Positions 55,257 through 63,722 are shown, numbered from the stretch's first letter. The stretch: 64,000 nt of DNA from a virus (IMGVR_UViG_3300045051_000179:47051-111050), one strand, 5' to 3'. Numbers and translations are program-made. Notes: generated from the sequence alone by a model not told the origin.

Positions 55257-55548
55257 CGCTCTCCATTCCTAGGTCTTCCTTGAAAACCACGATATCATAT
55301 GTCTTTCCGTCAGCCCATACGCTCAGGACATGGGTTGTATCTGTGTCGTAACGATGAGCATTATACATACCCTGAGGAATTTCTGCAAGTTGTGAGCGTA
55401 GAATTCTACGGTACTCAGCCATCCCGTACATGTTGACGGCCTTGATCATGACGCCAATCGGGTCTTTCTCGTAGGTCCGGGTATCCCGATAGTTCGTGAA
55501 CTCAGTCATCTTCGCCCGTATCCAGCAGGCTATCAATTGCAGCGGCAA
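55243..55548 (-). CDS. Hypothetical protein.
   Basis: A 101-aa ORF. The start may instead be the internal MTEF. Confidence 0.35.
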   Translation of the reverse strand: MPLQLIACWIRAKMTEFTNYRDTRTYEKDPIGVMIKAVNMYGMAEYRRILRSQLAEIPQGMYNAHRYDTDTTHVLSVWADGKTYDIVVFKEDLGMESDVLQ

Positions 55549-55807
55549 TCAACGCACCAGCCTTTGTCAGTTCCCTAATCCTGTCATCAGGAGTAGGCTT
55601 GAAGTATTCCCATTCCCAAGGCCACAACTCATATTGGAGGTTGGTACCATAAGCATAATCCTGCTTGCGCTTATCAACGGGAATAGCGTAGACGGCAGCC
55701 GCATAAGACAGGGCCTCGCCCTCTCCTCGGTCGTGCTCTCGATCATACCCTTCTACATCGATCTGTCGCTGTCGTTCAGCGGCTATGAGTTCAATTCCTT
55801 TTACCAC
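55502..55807 (-). CDS. Hypothetical protein.
   Basis: A 101-aa acidic ORF. Confidence 0.35.
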   Translation of the reverse strand: MVKGIELIAAERQRQIDVEGYDREHDRGEGEALSYAAAVYAIPVDKRKQDYAYGTNLQYELWPWEWEYFKPTPDDRIRELTKAGALIAAAIDSLLDTGEDD

Positions 55808-56190
55808 TTGTCAATCTCCCCCTGTAGATAACGATTCAGATCGATAGGATTTTCATCCCAATCCTGATTCCACTTCTCTGGATTCCCGCCAGACAATACT
55901 TCCATGTAGCCTAGGAAGTGCTGTGGAGTGCCACGCTTGACTTCCAGTGGCGGCTTCTCATCGTAATACTCAACCTCAGCACCGTCCTGACAACCCCAGC
56001 CAGAGGTATCACACCAGCCCCAGACATAGGCGTACCGATCATCCTTCATCTTCATGAGGAATCCGCCTTCCCATTGTCCGTATCCCTCAGTGCTATCGCC
56101 CCAAGCGGCAATAACAGAATCAACAGATCGTTCGGAGATTCCGGCACGATCCAATGATTCCGAGAAATCATAAACAGTGTATGAACTCAT
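55801..56190 (-). CDS. Hypothetical protein.
   Basis: A 129-aa Trp-rich ORF. Confidence 0.4.
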   Translation of the reverse strand: MSSYTVYDFSESLDRAGISERSVDSVIAAWGDSTEGYGQWEGGFLMKMKDDRYAYVWGWCDTSGWGCQDGAEVEYYDEKPPLEVKRGTPQHFLGYMEVLSGGNPEKWNQDWDENPIDLNRYLQGEIDKW

Positions 56191-56308
56191 TCTTCACCCT
56201 TCCATTCGATCCACCATGTCATACGAAGGGCATGATGCCATCTCTCGGCATGATTAGCGGGCTTAAGGCAGCGTAGTCCTCGTCCGTGATGAGACTTGCA
56301 TTGCGACC

Positions 56309-57388
56309 TCATATTGTCTGCCTCACTCTAGTTGCGTTCTCGTGAACGGTATTCGGGGATACAAGGGTGAATTTACCCTTGAGTTGGAGTTCCTTGATGT
56401 TATGGGCTCCTACGTAGGACATTGAGGATCGCAATCCTGCCTGTAGATTGTGAAGAATGTCGGCTACCTTGCCCTTAGCGGGGACATATCCCTCAATGCC
56501 CTCAGGCACATATCGTTCACCATTGGACCCAAAGATGCTCTGGCCTCGATACTTTCTCCACTTGGTCCCGTCAGCAGCCACCACGATGCTCCCCGGACAT
56601 TCATCAGCCCCGGCAATGAGAGAGCCGATCATAACGACACTTGCGCCAGCAATAAGGGCTTTAGCAATATCTGCTGAAGACGTTACGCCACCGTCGCCAA
56701 TCAGCGGCACCCCAAGGTCAGCGTCAGCAACCTCAAGGATCGAGGATAGTTGAGGATAACCGACGCCAGCAACAGTTCGCGTGGTGCATACAGCGCCAGC
56801 CCCGATTCCTACCTTAATAGCATCTGCGCCAGCATCGACTAAATACTTAGCACCATCAGCAGTAGCAACATTGCCAGCGATGACCTTGAGGTTTGTGACG
56901 TTCTTGATGGCCTTGATCAACTTGGCAACCTTGACATGATGCCCTTGCGCCACATCGATGCATACACCCTCTAGGTAAGGCAACATCATTGTCGTAACTT
57001 CGACACTATCAAGGGCTGCGGCGATATTGCGAATGCCGACAGACATCCAAAACGGAACCTTAGCATCATTCAATTGATGCCTATCTCTGACTAGATCGGC
57101 ATGATCCCCGAACCTATGCAGGATTCCCATGCCACCAGCATTCCGCATAGCAATAACCATATCTGGCCCAGTGACATAATCCATGTTAGCACTGATGATC
57201 GGAATTGTCAACTTCCTACCAAGGAAGTCAACAGATGTATCAATCGTCTGGCGAGTTTCAATATCAGATAGACCCGGAACGATGAGAACGTCATTGAAGG
57301 TAAGGGCCGTGTGCGGGGAGTACCAAACATGACTTGGCTTGACGCTCATATGTGACCCCTTAATTTGCCGCAATCTGGACATGGACAT
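56309..57388 (-). CDS. GMP reductase / IMP-dehydrogenase-family enzyme (GuaC-like; no CBS insert).
   Basis: IISANMD ... CIDVAQGH ... VIAGNVAT ... [11 protein letters not shown] (catalytic Cys loop) ... [14 protein letters not shown] ... IGDGG ... MIGSLIAG. The true start is probably the internal MSVKPSH at 57349. Confidence 0.75.
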   Translation of the reverse strand: MSMSRLRQIKGSHMSVKPSHVWYSPHTALTFNDVLIVPGLSDIETRQTIDTSVDFLGRKLTIPIISANMDYVTGPDMVIAMRNAGGMGILHRFGDHADLVRDRHQLNDAKVPFWMSVGIRNIAAALDSVEVTTMMLPYLEGVCIDVAQGHHVKVAKLIKAIKNVTNLKVIAGNVATADGAKYLVDAGADAIKVGIGAGAVCTTRTVAGVGYPQLSSILEVADADLGVPLIGDGGVTSSADIAKALIAGASVVMIGSLIAGADECPGSIVVAADGTKWRKYRGQSIFGSNGERYVPEGIEGYVPAKGKVADILHNLQAGLRSSMSYVGAHNIKELQLKGKFTLVSPNTVHENATRVRQTI

Positions 57389-57457
57389 TATTAGTACGCT
57401 TGAGGACTAGCAACCTATCAAACTTCTTACCGGTAAGATCAATAAGCACACCCAATC

Positions 57458-57649
57458 TTATCCAATCTCCCTAGCCAGTCGAATGAAGTATGGAGCGCAC
57501 TTCTCGCCGTATGTCAGCGGAGTTTCCTTTGTGAGATGTGTCACGAGGTCAGTGAATTCCTCTGGCTTTTCGCGCCAGCGCCTATCCCATTCCTCGAAAA
57601 TCTTTGCAATCTTCTTTTCGCCCAAGCGAACACGATCTGATTCTGCCAT
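57458..57649 (-). CDS. Hypothetical protein.
   Basis: A 63-aa ORF. Confidence 0.35.
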   Translation of the reverse strand: MAESDRVRLGEKKIAKIFEEWDRRWREKPEEFTDLVTHLTKETPLTYGEKCAPYFIRLAREIG

Positions 57650-57757
57650 GTTAATCCTCCAAAACTATAACGCTAACCTTGGGTTTGATCAATGCAATCC
57701 CAAGGCTAGCCAAGATTCCTGCCAGTATCAATGCGGCCAGACCAAGACCTAACTTCA

Positions 57758-58066
57758 TTAGAAACTCCAATTCGAAATAGCGCCGATAGTACCGGCAAAA
57801 ATCGCGACCAACAAAACAGATACAGAAACCCAATGGTCCCTCTTGTTAGTGCCTATAGCAACCAATAGAACGGCAATGACTGCTAAAACCTTCATGCTAA
57901 TTGCAAATGGAAGTCCATATTGCAACAAGAAAAGGACAAATGGGTTTTGTTCTGTTCGTGTTCCACCCTGCATCATCATCATAAATGTCAGTGTATCTGC
58001 AAGTTGAGCAAGGATGGTGAAAAGAATAAGAAGATTCACTCTCCACCCGTCGAGGAAAGGCGGCAC
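57758..58066 (-). CDS. Small membrane protein.
   Basis: Contains two or three hydrophobic helices. Confidence 0.35.
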   Translation of the reverse strand: MPPFLDGWRVNLLILFTILAQLADTLTFMMMMQGGTRTEQNPFVLFLLQYGLPFAISMKVLAVIAVLLVAIGTNKRDHWVSVSVLLVAIFAGTIGAISNWSF

Positions 58067-58281
58067 GAGTGCGGGGCTTCGCTGGTCGCTATCCCTCGCC
58101 CGGAGCGGTGGGCGACGACACCGTATCCCACATCGCGTAGCGCCCGGATCAGCGCGTCGGCATGGAGCAGTCGATCCTCGTGGCTGCGTTCGTAGCGATA
58201 CATCACGGCGACTTCGTTGGCGTAGAGCGCCTCAGCGACGGCCTCTCGGAGTCGGGTCACGGTTGTCTCGTCGGAGGTCAT
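58036..58281 (-). CDS. Hypothetical protein within the high-GC island.
   Basis: The internal ATG (MTSDETT ...) shares an ATGA overlap with the upstream mini-ORF. Confidence 0.35.
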   Translation of the reverse strand: MTSDETTVTRLREAVAEALYANEVAVMYRYERSHEDRLLHADALIRALRDVGYGVVAHRSGRGIATSEAPHSCRLSSTGGE

Positions 58282-58433
58282 CGGACTTCGCTTTCGTAGA
58301 CGCCACATCGAACGCAGCGCCGCTCGGTGTACGGGTGCTCGGGTGTGGACATCGTGCCCGGCACTTCCTCCCAGCGGTGCGTAAGCCACTCGCGACCGTT
58401 GCGCTTGCAGAACACGACGATCCGCTTGCTCAC
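58278..58433 (-). CDS. Zinc-ribbon-like mini-protein of 51 aa with a GTG start, within the high-GC island; not in the ORF track.
   Basis: AAGGAAG lies upstream. The peptide reads VSKRIVVFCKRNG ... CVRCG. It is coupled to its neighbours by GTGA and ATGA overlaps. Confidence 0.3.
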   Translation of the reverse strand: MSKRIVVFCKRNGREWLTHRWEEVPGTMSTPEHPYTERRCVRCGVYESEVR

Positions 58434-58840
58434 GTCGGGGTCCCTTCCTTGGCGATCCGGTCGAGAATGGTTCTCACGTCCTGCTGAGCGTCAGCGATGC
58501 GCTGTCCGCTCGCTGCAACGACGGCGGGCTTCTCCAACGTCGCGGCTAGCAGTTCTCGTGCCGCATCCCGTAGTGCCAGCCATTCCGGGTTGATCGCGGC
58601 GGCTTCGCGTCGCCCCTGAGCGACGCCGTTCAAGTACGTGTCTCGGATGAAGTCGGCGTCGGCGGCTTCGGCTTCGATGGCGAGGATCGAGTCGAGCGGC
58701 GTCTTGGGCCACTGATAGCCCTTGGTGCTGAACTCCAGCAGCCGCTTCCCCGCTTCTGTGCGTGGTTCACCGGGCATCGGGTGATTATGGTAATCTGGGT
58801 CATCCAGATTAGAATTCGGAAACAGGTCATGCCCCATCAC
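58430..58840 (-). CDS. Hypothetical protein within the high-GC island.
   Basis: A 136-aa ORF. Confidence 0.4.
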   Translation of the reverse strand: MMGHDLFPNSNLDDPDYHNHPMPGEPRTEAGKRLLEFSTKGYQWPKTPLDSILAIEAEAADADFIRDTYLNGVAQGRREAAAINPEWLALRDAARELLAATLEKPAVVAASGQRIADAQQDVRTILDRIAKEGTPT

Positions 58841-59049
58841 TTTGTCACCTTATATTGACTGTCAGGAAGACACGAGATAGAAGCATGACCATCTGTTCCG
58901 ACGTAGAACCAACAGCCAACCTCTCTATCGGCATCATGAACGTACTTGACGGCACTACCAATGTTTTGTCCGACATTCTCGCCCGGAGCAGTAGCGCCAG
59001 CGCAGCCAGCAAGAACAATTGTCACGGCCAGCAAAAGAATCTTCCTCAT
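58837..59049 (-). CDS. Lipoprotein (paralogue B).
   Basis: A signal peptide with the lipobox LAGC, followed by CWFYVGTDGHASISC. Confidence 0.55.
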   Translation of the reverse strand: MRKILLLAVTIVLAGCAGATAPGENVGQNIGSAVKYVHDADREVGCWFYVGTDGHASISCLPDSQYKVTK

Positions 59050-59246
59050 CAGGCAGTCTCAATCTTTACATCAGGACTAGTCCCGAGAACAGAATTAACA
59101 GCCTCAATAGCCCTTCGCTTCACGTTGGTGCGGAAGGTAGCCATTGGAGACTTGTCATAGACACTCTTAGTTACTCGAACAGAACGAGAGATAACAGTCC
59201 CGTCTGCCCTCGTGTATGAAACTGAAACTGTTGCTTCAACGGCCAT
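59049..59246 (-). CDS. Hypothetical protein.
   Basis: A 65-aa ORF. Confidence 0.35.
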   Translation of the reverse strand: MAVEATVSVSYTRADGTVISRSVRVTKSVYDKSPMATFRTNVKRRAIEAVNSVLGTSPDVKIETA

Positions 59247-59265
59247 CGATAACCTCCTTATGTGC

Positions 59266-59757
59266 CTACATTATACCATGCGAGAGACGTTGAGTCAAGG
59301 TAGATGGTTCATTCGCCCCGCCTAGCAGGACATTAGGTTCTGGTACATCCCATACACCTTCGTGATAGATGTAAACAGGGATGCCCTTCTTCTCTGCGCA
59401 CTTCACCGCATCTGATGTGCCCGGTGTCCTTGGGCCAGCCGCGAATATTGCCACAAGGGCATCGGACTCATCGATCATCCTTTGATTGCGTTGATGGCCA
59501 GCACCTCGTCCTGCAATATTCCAGAATGCCTCGAAGGTCTTGACGGTCTCATCAGGAAGGTCAATGAAGTCTGTTTGCGCTGCCCAAACGAATTTCACAT
59601 TGGCATCAACTCCTGACGGAGCATCGCCAACATTGATGGTATGACCATTCCGTATAAGGCTCTTGACGACTCGATCAATGAACCAGATATCTGTCCAGCC
59701 ATTCATCCTGCCACGAACAGGATCAGGGCCTCGACTACCACTAATGGCGACTCTCAT
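59266..59757 (-). CDS. SLOG-superfamily protein (DUF2493-like).
   Basis: MRVAISGSRG ... VGDAPSGVDA ... AGRGAGHQRNQRM ... GTSDAVKCAEKKGIPV matches the DUF2493 pattern. Confidence 0.65.
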   Translation of the reverse strand: MRVAISGSRGPDPVRGRMNGWTDIWFIDRVVKSLIRNGHTINVGDAPSGVDANVKFVWAAQTDFIDLPDETVKTFEAFWNIAGRGAGHQRNQRMIDESDALVAIFAAGPRTPGTSDAVKCAEKKGIPVYIYHEGVWDVPEPNVLLGGANEPSTLTQRLSHGIM

Positions 59758-60275
59758 TCCCTAGACCTTAACCACTTCTCAAATGTTTCGTTGCATAGAA
59801 CTGCCGGTGACCGCTTCTCACGGAGCATGGCAATTGCCTCATCAGCACTTTGTCCCATGTACATCAAGGCACGCGCCACGACAAGAGAACTTCGATTGAG
59901 CCCTGCCTGACAGTGGACGAGAACCTTCTGGCCCTTCGCAAGGAGGCCGACAACAAACAGCGCAGCATCTTCCACGGACCCACCATCAACTTCGGTCGAG
60001 TCATACATGGTAACCTGAACGGTGTCACCCTTGGTAGGATATTTCTCCCAAGGATAAAGTGACACGATGGTATCGAAGCGATCACCAAGATCGAGGTTAT
60101 CCACGTACCCGCCGTGCCAAAGATTACCTGTGACATGGGTAATAATGGGCATGCTGAATGGCGTATTGCCCATATGCGCAATGCCATCTATCCAGTGAGT
60201 GAATGGGTCCGCACCGTCAGGCGCAACCCAACCATAGGTCTTCTCAACTGTATTGGCCCCGGTATCTCCGCTCAT
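59754..60275 (-). CDS. Dual-specificity / protein tyrosine phosphatase (second copy).
   Basis: VLVHCQAGLNRSSLVVARALM contains the HCxxGxxRS P-loop. Confidence 0.8.
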   Translation of the reverse strand: MSGDTGANTVEKTYGWVAPDGADPFTHWIDGIAHMGNTPFSMPIITHVTGNLWHGGYVDNLDLGDRFDTIVSLYPWEKYPTKGDTVQVTMYDSTEVDGGSVEDAALFVVGLLAKGQKVLVHCQAGLNRSSLVVARALMYMGQSADEAIAMLREKRSPAVLCNETFEKWLRSRE

Positions 60276-60763
60276 GCCCTCTCCATCACTGTGAACCTGT
60301 CATCAAGGATAGGATCAAGCACAGGCTTGACATCCTCCCATCGCAGGCCCCCGTTTCCGCATCCGGGCCTGCACATGATGACTCGATAATCTGGCTTACC
60401 GTCAATCTCAGTTCGCATTTCCCATGCCGACCGTTCAATCAACTCAATCTCGGCTTTCGCCTGCCATCCCATCTCGCCATTAGGTCCATACTGCGGCTTA
60501 ACAGGGAACGTATAGAGCGAGAAGTTATATGGGCTATCTCGATTGAAGTTAGGCTCGATGTCAAACCTGAAAACGTGATTGCCCTTGGTGCGAAGGGCCG
60601 TACCAAGATTACCGGCTAGCCAAGGATAGCGGTTTCTTGCCTCTAGAGCAATGCCCCTACCCATGACTGCCTCTCCGTTGGATTTGTAGAATCCATTAGT
60701 CGTGATGACCACGCCATCGAACTCATCGATGTAGTCCCAGATATTTCCGAAGCGCTCGATCAT
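60272..60763 (-). CDS. Macro domain protein (Macro_2/phage-type; ADP-ribose processing).
   Basis: GNIWDYIDEFDGVVITTNG ... AVMGRGIALEA ... IMCRPGCGNGGLRWEDV matches the Macro_2 pattern. Confidence 0.65.
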   Translation of the reverse strand: MIERFGNIWDYIDEFDGVVITTNGFYKSNGEAVMGRGIALEARNRYPWLAGNLGTALRTKGNHVFRFDIEPNFNRDSPYNFSLYTFPVKPQYGPNGEMGWQAKAEIELIERSAWEMRTEIDGKPDYRVIMCRPGCGNGGLRWEDVKPVLDPILDDRFTVMERA

Positions 60764-61179
60764 GCTCTCTTTTCCTCATCAATGATGTATCTCATCCATG
60801 CACGGTCGGGCTCTATGTCTGGATACCTTGCAACAGCAAGGTCATATTCGGGCTTTGGGGCTACTACCTCCAAGCCTGCCCCATCATAGAAGACAACCTC
60901 GGCCTCAGGCGCGTCTTCTAGTTTCTGTGGCCACTCTGCGTCCCATTCCCAACCGTAATCAGTCCATGACTTGAAGGAAACTGGATGCCTGCTCTCATAT
61001 TCGTATTCAAATCCAAGCAGCGCAGCGATTTCTTCTAGTGCATCTTCAAGTCCTGTGCTGAGACCAAGAGAACCAGCGAACGGATCATTAGGACCGAAGT
61101 CCCACGCAAGTTCTCCGTTCACATAGAACGCACCCAGACCACTATCAGGGTCACGCACTACGACAAGTTTGTTAGTCAT
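60760..61179 (-). CDS. Hypothetical acidic protein; first gene of the Macro-DSP-SLOG operon.
   Basis: A 139-aa ORF whose stop codon overlaps the Macro gene start. Confidence 0.4.
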   Translation of the reverse strand: MTNKLVVVRDPDSGLGAFYVNGELAWDFGPNDPFAGSLGLSTGLEDALEEIAALLGFEYEYESRHPVSFKSWTDYGWEWDAEWPQKLEDAPEAEVVFYDGAGLEVVAPKPEYDLAVARYPDIEPDRAWMRYIIDEEKRA

Positions 61180-61320
61180 GTCTCAATCCTTTTAAGTCGT
61201 TGTAATTCCTGCATTGTTTCCTTCCTGAAGGCGAGGGTCTCCTGCGGTATTCGCCAATGACTTGGCTCTCCCCATCGGTTGTCGGGGTGAAGTATACGAT
61301 CTACCTCTGGTCGCTTAATA

Positions 61321-61590
61321 CTAGCCACTGTTAACGTAGCAATGAATGATTATTTCACCAGTAGCACCGAAGGCAGCAGTACCGACATATCGACCAGCGG
61401 GAACATCCTCACCAGTGAAGGCAAGGGTAATGACTCGCTGAATAGGCTCAGAAGACTGATCAGCCTCGGCCCAAATCGTAGGCGTACCGCTCTGGTTGGC
61501 GAACTTGATAGGACGCCACGTGGTAGGCAGTTCTACAACCTGCGTATAGGTCTGATCCAACGGGTACTTTAGGATGCGACGGTCAGCCAT
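61321..61590 (-). CDS. Hypothetical protein.
   Basis: An 89-aa ORF overlapping the 3' end of the integrase gene. Confidence 0.4.
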   Translation of the reverse strand: MADRRILKYPLDQTYTQVVELPTTWRPIKFANQSGTPTIWAEADQSSEPIQRVITLAFTGEDVPAGRYVGTAAFGATGEIIIHCYVNSG

Positions 61591-62477
61591 TCCGGTTCTT
61601 CCTCCTGCGTGTTTGCGTCTACTTTTGCGTCTTTTACGAGACGAATACCATTGCCTAGATTGCGAGGGTCAAGCCCACTAGCCGCGACCAAATCACCGAT
61701 GTCCATAGTCACGTACTGCTGGGTCGTACTAACGCTGGCATGACCAAGCAATTTCTGGACTGCGAAGACATTAGCCCCTGCCCTGATAAGTCGAGTTGCA
61801 TAGTGATGACGCAGGGAGTGAGGATGAATATTCACCTTCGCCTTGCGTGCCGCCATGTCAACGATCCCGTTTACGGTATCAAACGACAGACGGCCACCAT
61901 CAGGATTGTGGACAAGATAGTCGGACTCAGCGCCATTGTCCTTGTCAAATGCCTGCAAGGCATCAATCGTCTCCGGCAGGACAGGAACTATGCGCTGCTT
62001 GTTGCCCTTACCGGTTACTACCATGTAGTAGCCGTACTCTTTGGTCCACTTCATTGCGTCGGCGCGAAGATCAGAGACTTCGGATGCACGAAGGCCATTG
62101 AGCAGGAGCGAGACAACGGCTGCTTCTCTGGAAGTTTTGGTCGCAGCGATCAGGGCCTCGACATCCTCATCGGACGGTACCTCAGGGACATTTCCTGACG
62201 GGCGCTTTGGTGCCTTGACTGCCTCAAAGGGTGAATACTCGATCATCTTTCGGGTCGCCAGCCACCTATAAAACGTGCGGACAGTATTGAATCTCCGTGC
62301 CGCACCATTAGCCTTATAGGTCTTGGTCAACCATGCCTTGTATTCAGCAGCACCCTCGACCGTGAGAGGAAGGCCCTGCTCAAACCAAAGGCGCAAGTCA
62401 TTCCCATACGCACGCACAGTTTCAGGACTGTTCTGCGTATTCAAGAATGCTTGCGCCTCAGTAGCAAATGTGGTCAT
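61569..62477 (-). CDS. int: Tyrosine recombinase/integrase (XerC/D-like).
   Basis: ARG ... HPHSLRHHYATRLIRAGANVFAVQKLLGHASVSTTQQY contains the R-HxxR-Y catalytic signature. The start was chosen at MTTFATEAQAF, which gives the family's typical length. The ORF track extends it upstream to 62615. Confidence 0.85.
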   Translation of the reverse strand: MTTFATEAQAFLNTQNSPETVRAYGNDLRLWFEQGLPLTVEGAAEYKAWLTKTYKANGAARRFNTVRTFYRWLATRKMIEYSPFEAVKAPKRPSGNVPEVPSDEDVEALIAATKTSREAAVVSLLLNGLRASEVSDLRADAMKWTKEYGYYMVVTGKGNKQRIVPVLPETIDALQAFDKDNGAESDYLVHNPDGGRLSFDTVNGIVDMAARKAKVNIHPHSLRHHYATRLIRAGANVFAVQKLLGHASVSTTQQYVTMDIGDLVAASGLDPRNLGNGIRLVKDAKVDANTQEEEPEWLTVAS

Positions 62478-62649
62478 CGAGTACCCTTTGCTTGACCTCA
62501 TAGATAAGTTCTCTGGCTGCCTCTGGATGGCGGCGCACAAACCAATAGGCTCGTGCTGTAGACCTTCGGTCCTCGTACCACTTGGGTGCGAGATGCCTAA
62601 GGTTTCTCCACTCAAAGAGAAGATCGTTGAGGATGTCTTGCTCGTTCAT
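62458..62649 (-). CDS. Hypothetical small protein upstream of the integrase gene.
   Basis: A 63-aa ORF rich in Arg and Trp. Confidence 0.35.
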   Translation of the reverse strand: MNEQDILNDLLFEWRNLRHLAPKWYEDRRSTARAYWFVRRHPEAARELIYEVKQRVLDDHICY

Positions 62650-62683
62650 TGTCCCCCAAGTATACCAGTATCAGAAAGGATTG

Positions 62684-62977
62684 TCAAGCCAATCCCCCAC
62701 CGTGTGTTTCTTCCTGATGATAGACCATAGCCCTACCTTCGCCCATCTCAACTGTGAAACCACAGTCATCGATGTCGCAGATCATCCAGCCATCATCGAA
62801 GTGCCATGTAGTCGGAGTAGCCGTTGCCTTGCCTTCTGGCTTCGGCCCAAGATCATAGGCTGCTACGGCTGTCCAGCCATAAGGGATACTTTCGGCAGGA
62901 TCAGTGACAACATGATAGGCAAGGATGACATCTCCTACCTTAAAGGGCTCGCCTATATCAACGGCAGTGATTGTCAC
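62684..62977 (-). CDS. Hypothetical protein.
   Basis: A 97-aa ORF. Confidence 0.4.
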   Translation of the reverse strand: MTITAVDIGEPFKVGDVILAYHVVTDPAESIPYGWTAVAAYDLGPKPEGKATATPTTWHFDDGWMICDIDDCGFTVEMGEGRAMVYHQEETHGGGLA

Positions 62978-63297
62978 TTCGCTACCTTCCTAACAGTAAT
63001 CCACGCATGAACATTTCCTGACTGCTGGTCCATGGCCCATTCAATCTTACTGACGAGGAAATTACCTTGGGCTCGACCGCGAGTAAGAGAGCCCATCGCT
63101 AGGATATCACCCTTCTTTTTCCATACATACGCGCCAACAGGATACGCAATAGCAAACGTCAGGTCAAAACAAAACCACTGATAGACACTCACTGTGGCTG
63201 GTAGGTGCTCTCGTCCGATTGTCCAAGCCGCTATCCAAGCAATAGACAAGAACAAAGTCCATACCCACCAGATGAATAGCAAGACCTTAAGTGTCAC
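62974..63297 (-). CDS. Membrane protein (two N-terminal transmembrane helices).
   Basis: The hydrophobic N-terminus reads VLLFIWWVWTLFLSIAWIAAW. It is coupled to both neighbours. Confidence 0.45.
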   Translation of the reverse strand: MTLKVLLFIWWVWTLFLSIAWIAAWTIGREHLPATVSVYQWFCFDLTFAIAYPVGAYVWKKKGDILAMGSLTRGRAQGNFLVSKIEWAMDQQSGNVHAWITVRKVAK

Positions 63298-63432
63298 TTC
63301 TTCTCAGCCTCTTTAGCCTTCTTGGCAATGATAGGCAGCGTCACCGTGATCAAGCCACGGGCATTGACCTTCATTGCTTCTTTGCGCTTCTTCAACTTCT
63401 TTTCGCGCTGCTCGTAATTCTTTGGCATCATG
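63294..63432 (-). CDS. Lys-rich basic mini-protein; first gene of the leftward operon.
   Basis: The ATGATG start chosen is preceded by gaggatc. The ORF-track start at 63518 would lie inside the structured leader. Confidence 0.35.
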
Positions 63433-63686
63433 ATCCTCAAATGAATTGTTGCTGACCTTTCGGGAGAGGCGACCCAAGAGGCTCCTGCAATCCGCGCACC
63501 TTCCCTTTGTACCACCAAGGGAGGACTATTGGGGATGCACTCGCCTCATCATTCTATAGACAAACGTGGTCCGTGACTACATTCCTGATGGACCTCTCCC
63601 GAGAGGCCAGCAATTGACAGGCGGCGACTCGGTAATTACTCCGATTATGTGGCTCTTATCAGTCCGTATCCCACGGGCGACCTGTC
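63433..63686 (-). promoter_or_regulatory. Structured leader / operator region of about 250 nt between the leftward promoter and the first gene.
   Basis: No ORF is present. There is a palindrome CCTCTC-CC-GAGAGG at 63596-63609, and its 10-nt reverse complement TCGGGAGAGG at 63463-63472. There is also a hairpin tccctt-N9-aaggga. Confidence 0.35.
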
Positions 63687-63692
63687 TCCTGC

Positions 63693-63722
63693 CATTCTAA
63701 CGGTTGACTATCGGATTGTCAA
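63693..63722 (-). promoter_or_regulatory. Sigma70-type consensus promoter on the - strand, TTGACA-N17-TAGAAT.
   Basis: The -35 element is the reverse complement of 63717-63722, and the -10 element is the reverse complement of 63693-63698. It is identical in both hexamers and in spacing to the promoter at 22889. Confidence 0.5.

Noticed and set aside
62478-62615. The N-terminal 46-codon extension of the integrase ORF in the track.
   Set aside because: XerC/D-type recombinases begin near the conserved N-terminal helix (MTTFATEAQAFL ...). The extension overlaps the upstream small gene 62458-62649.
63433-63690. The ORF-free, structured region near the integrase could hold a tRNA or tmRNA gene (an attP core).
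   Set aside because: No cloverleaf with a GTTC-type T-arm could be folded by eye on either strand. It is interpreted instead as a leader or operator region. A tRNA scan would settle this.
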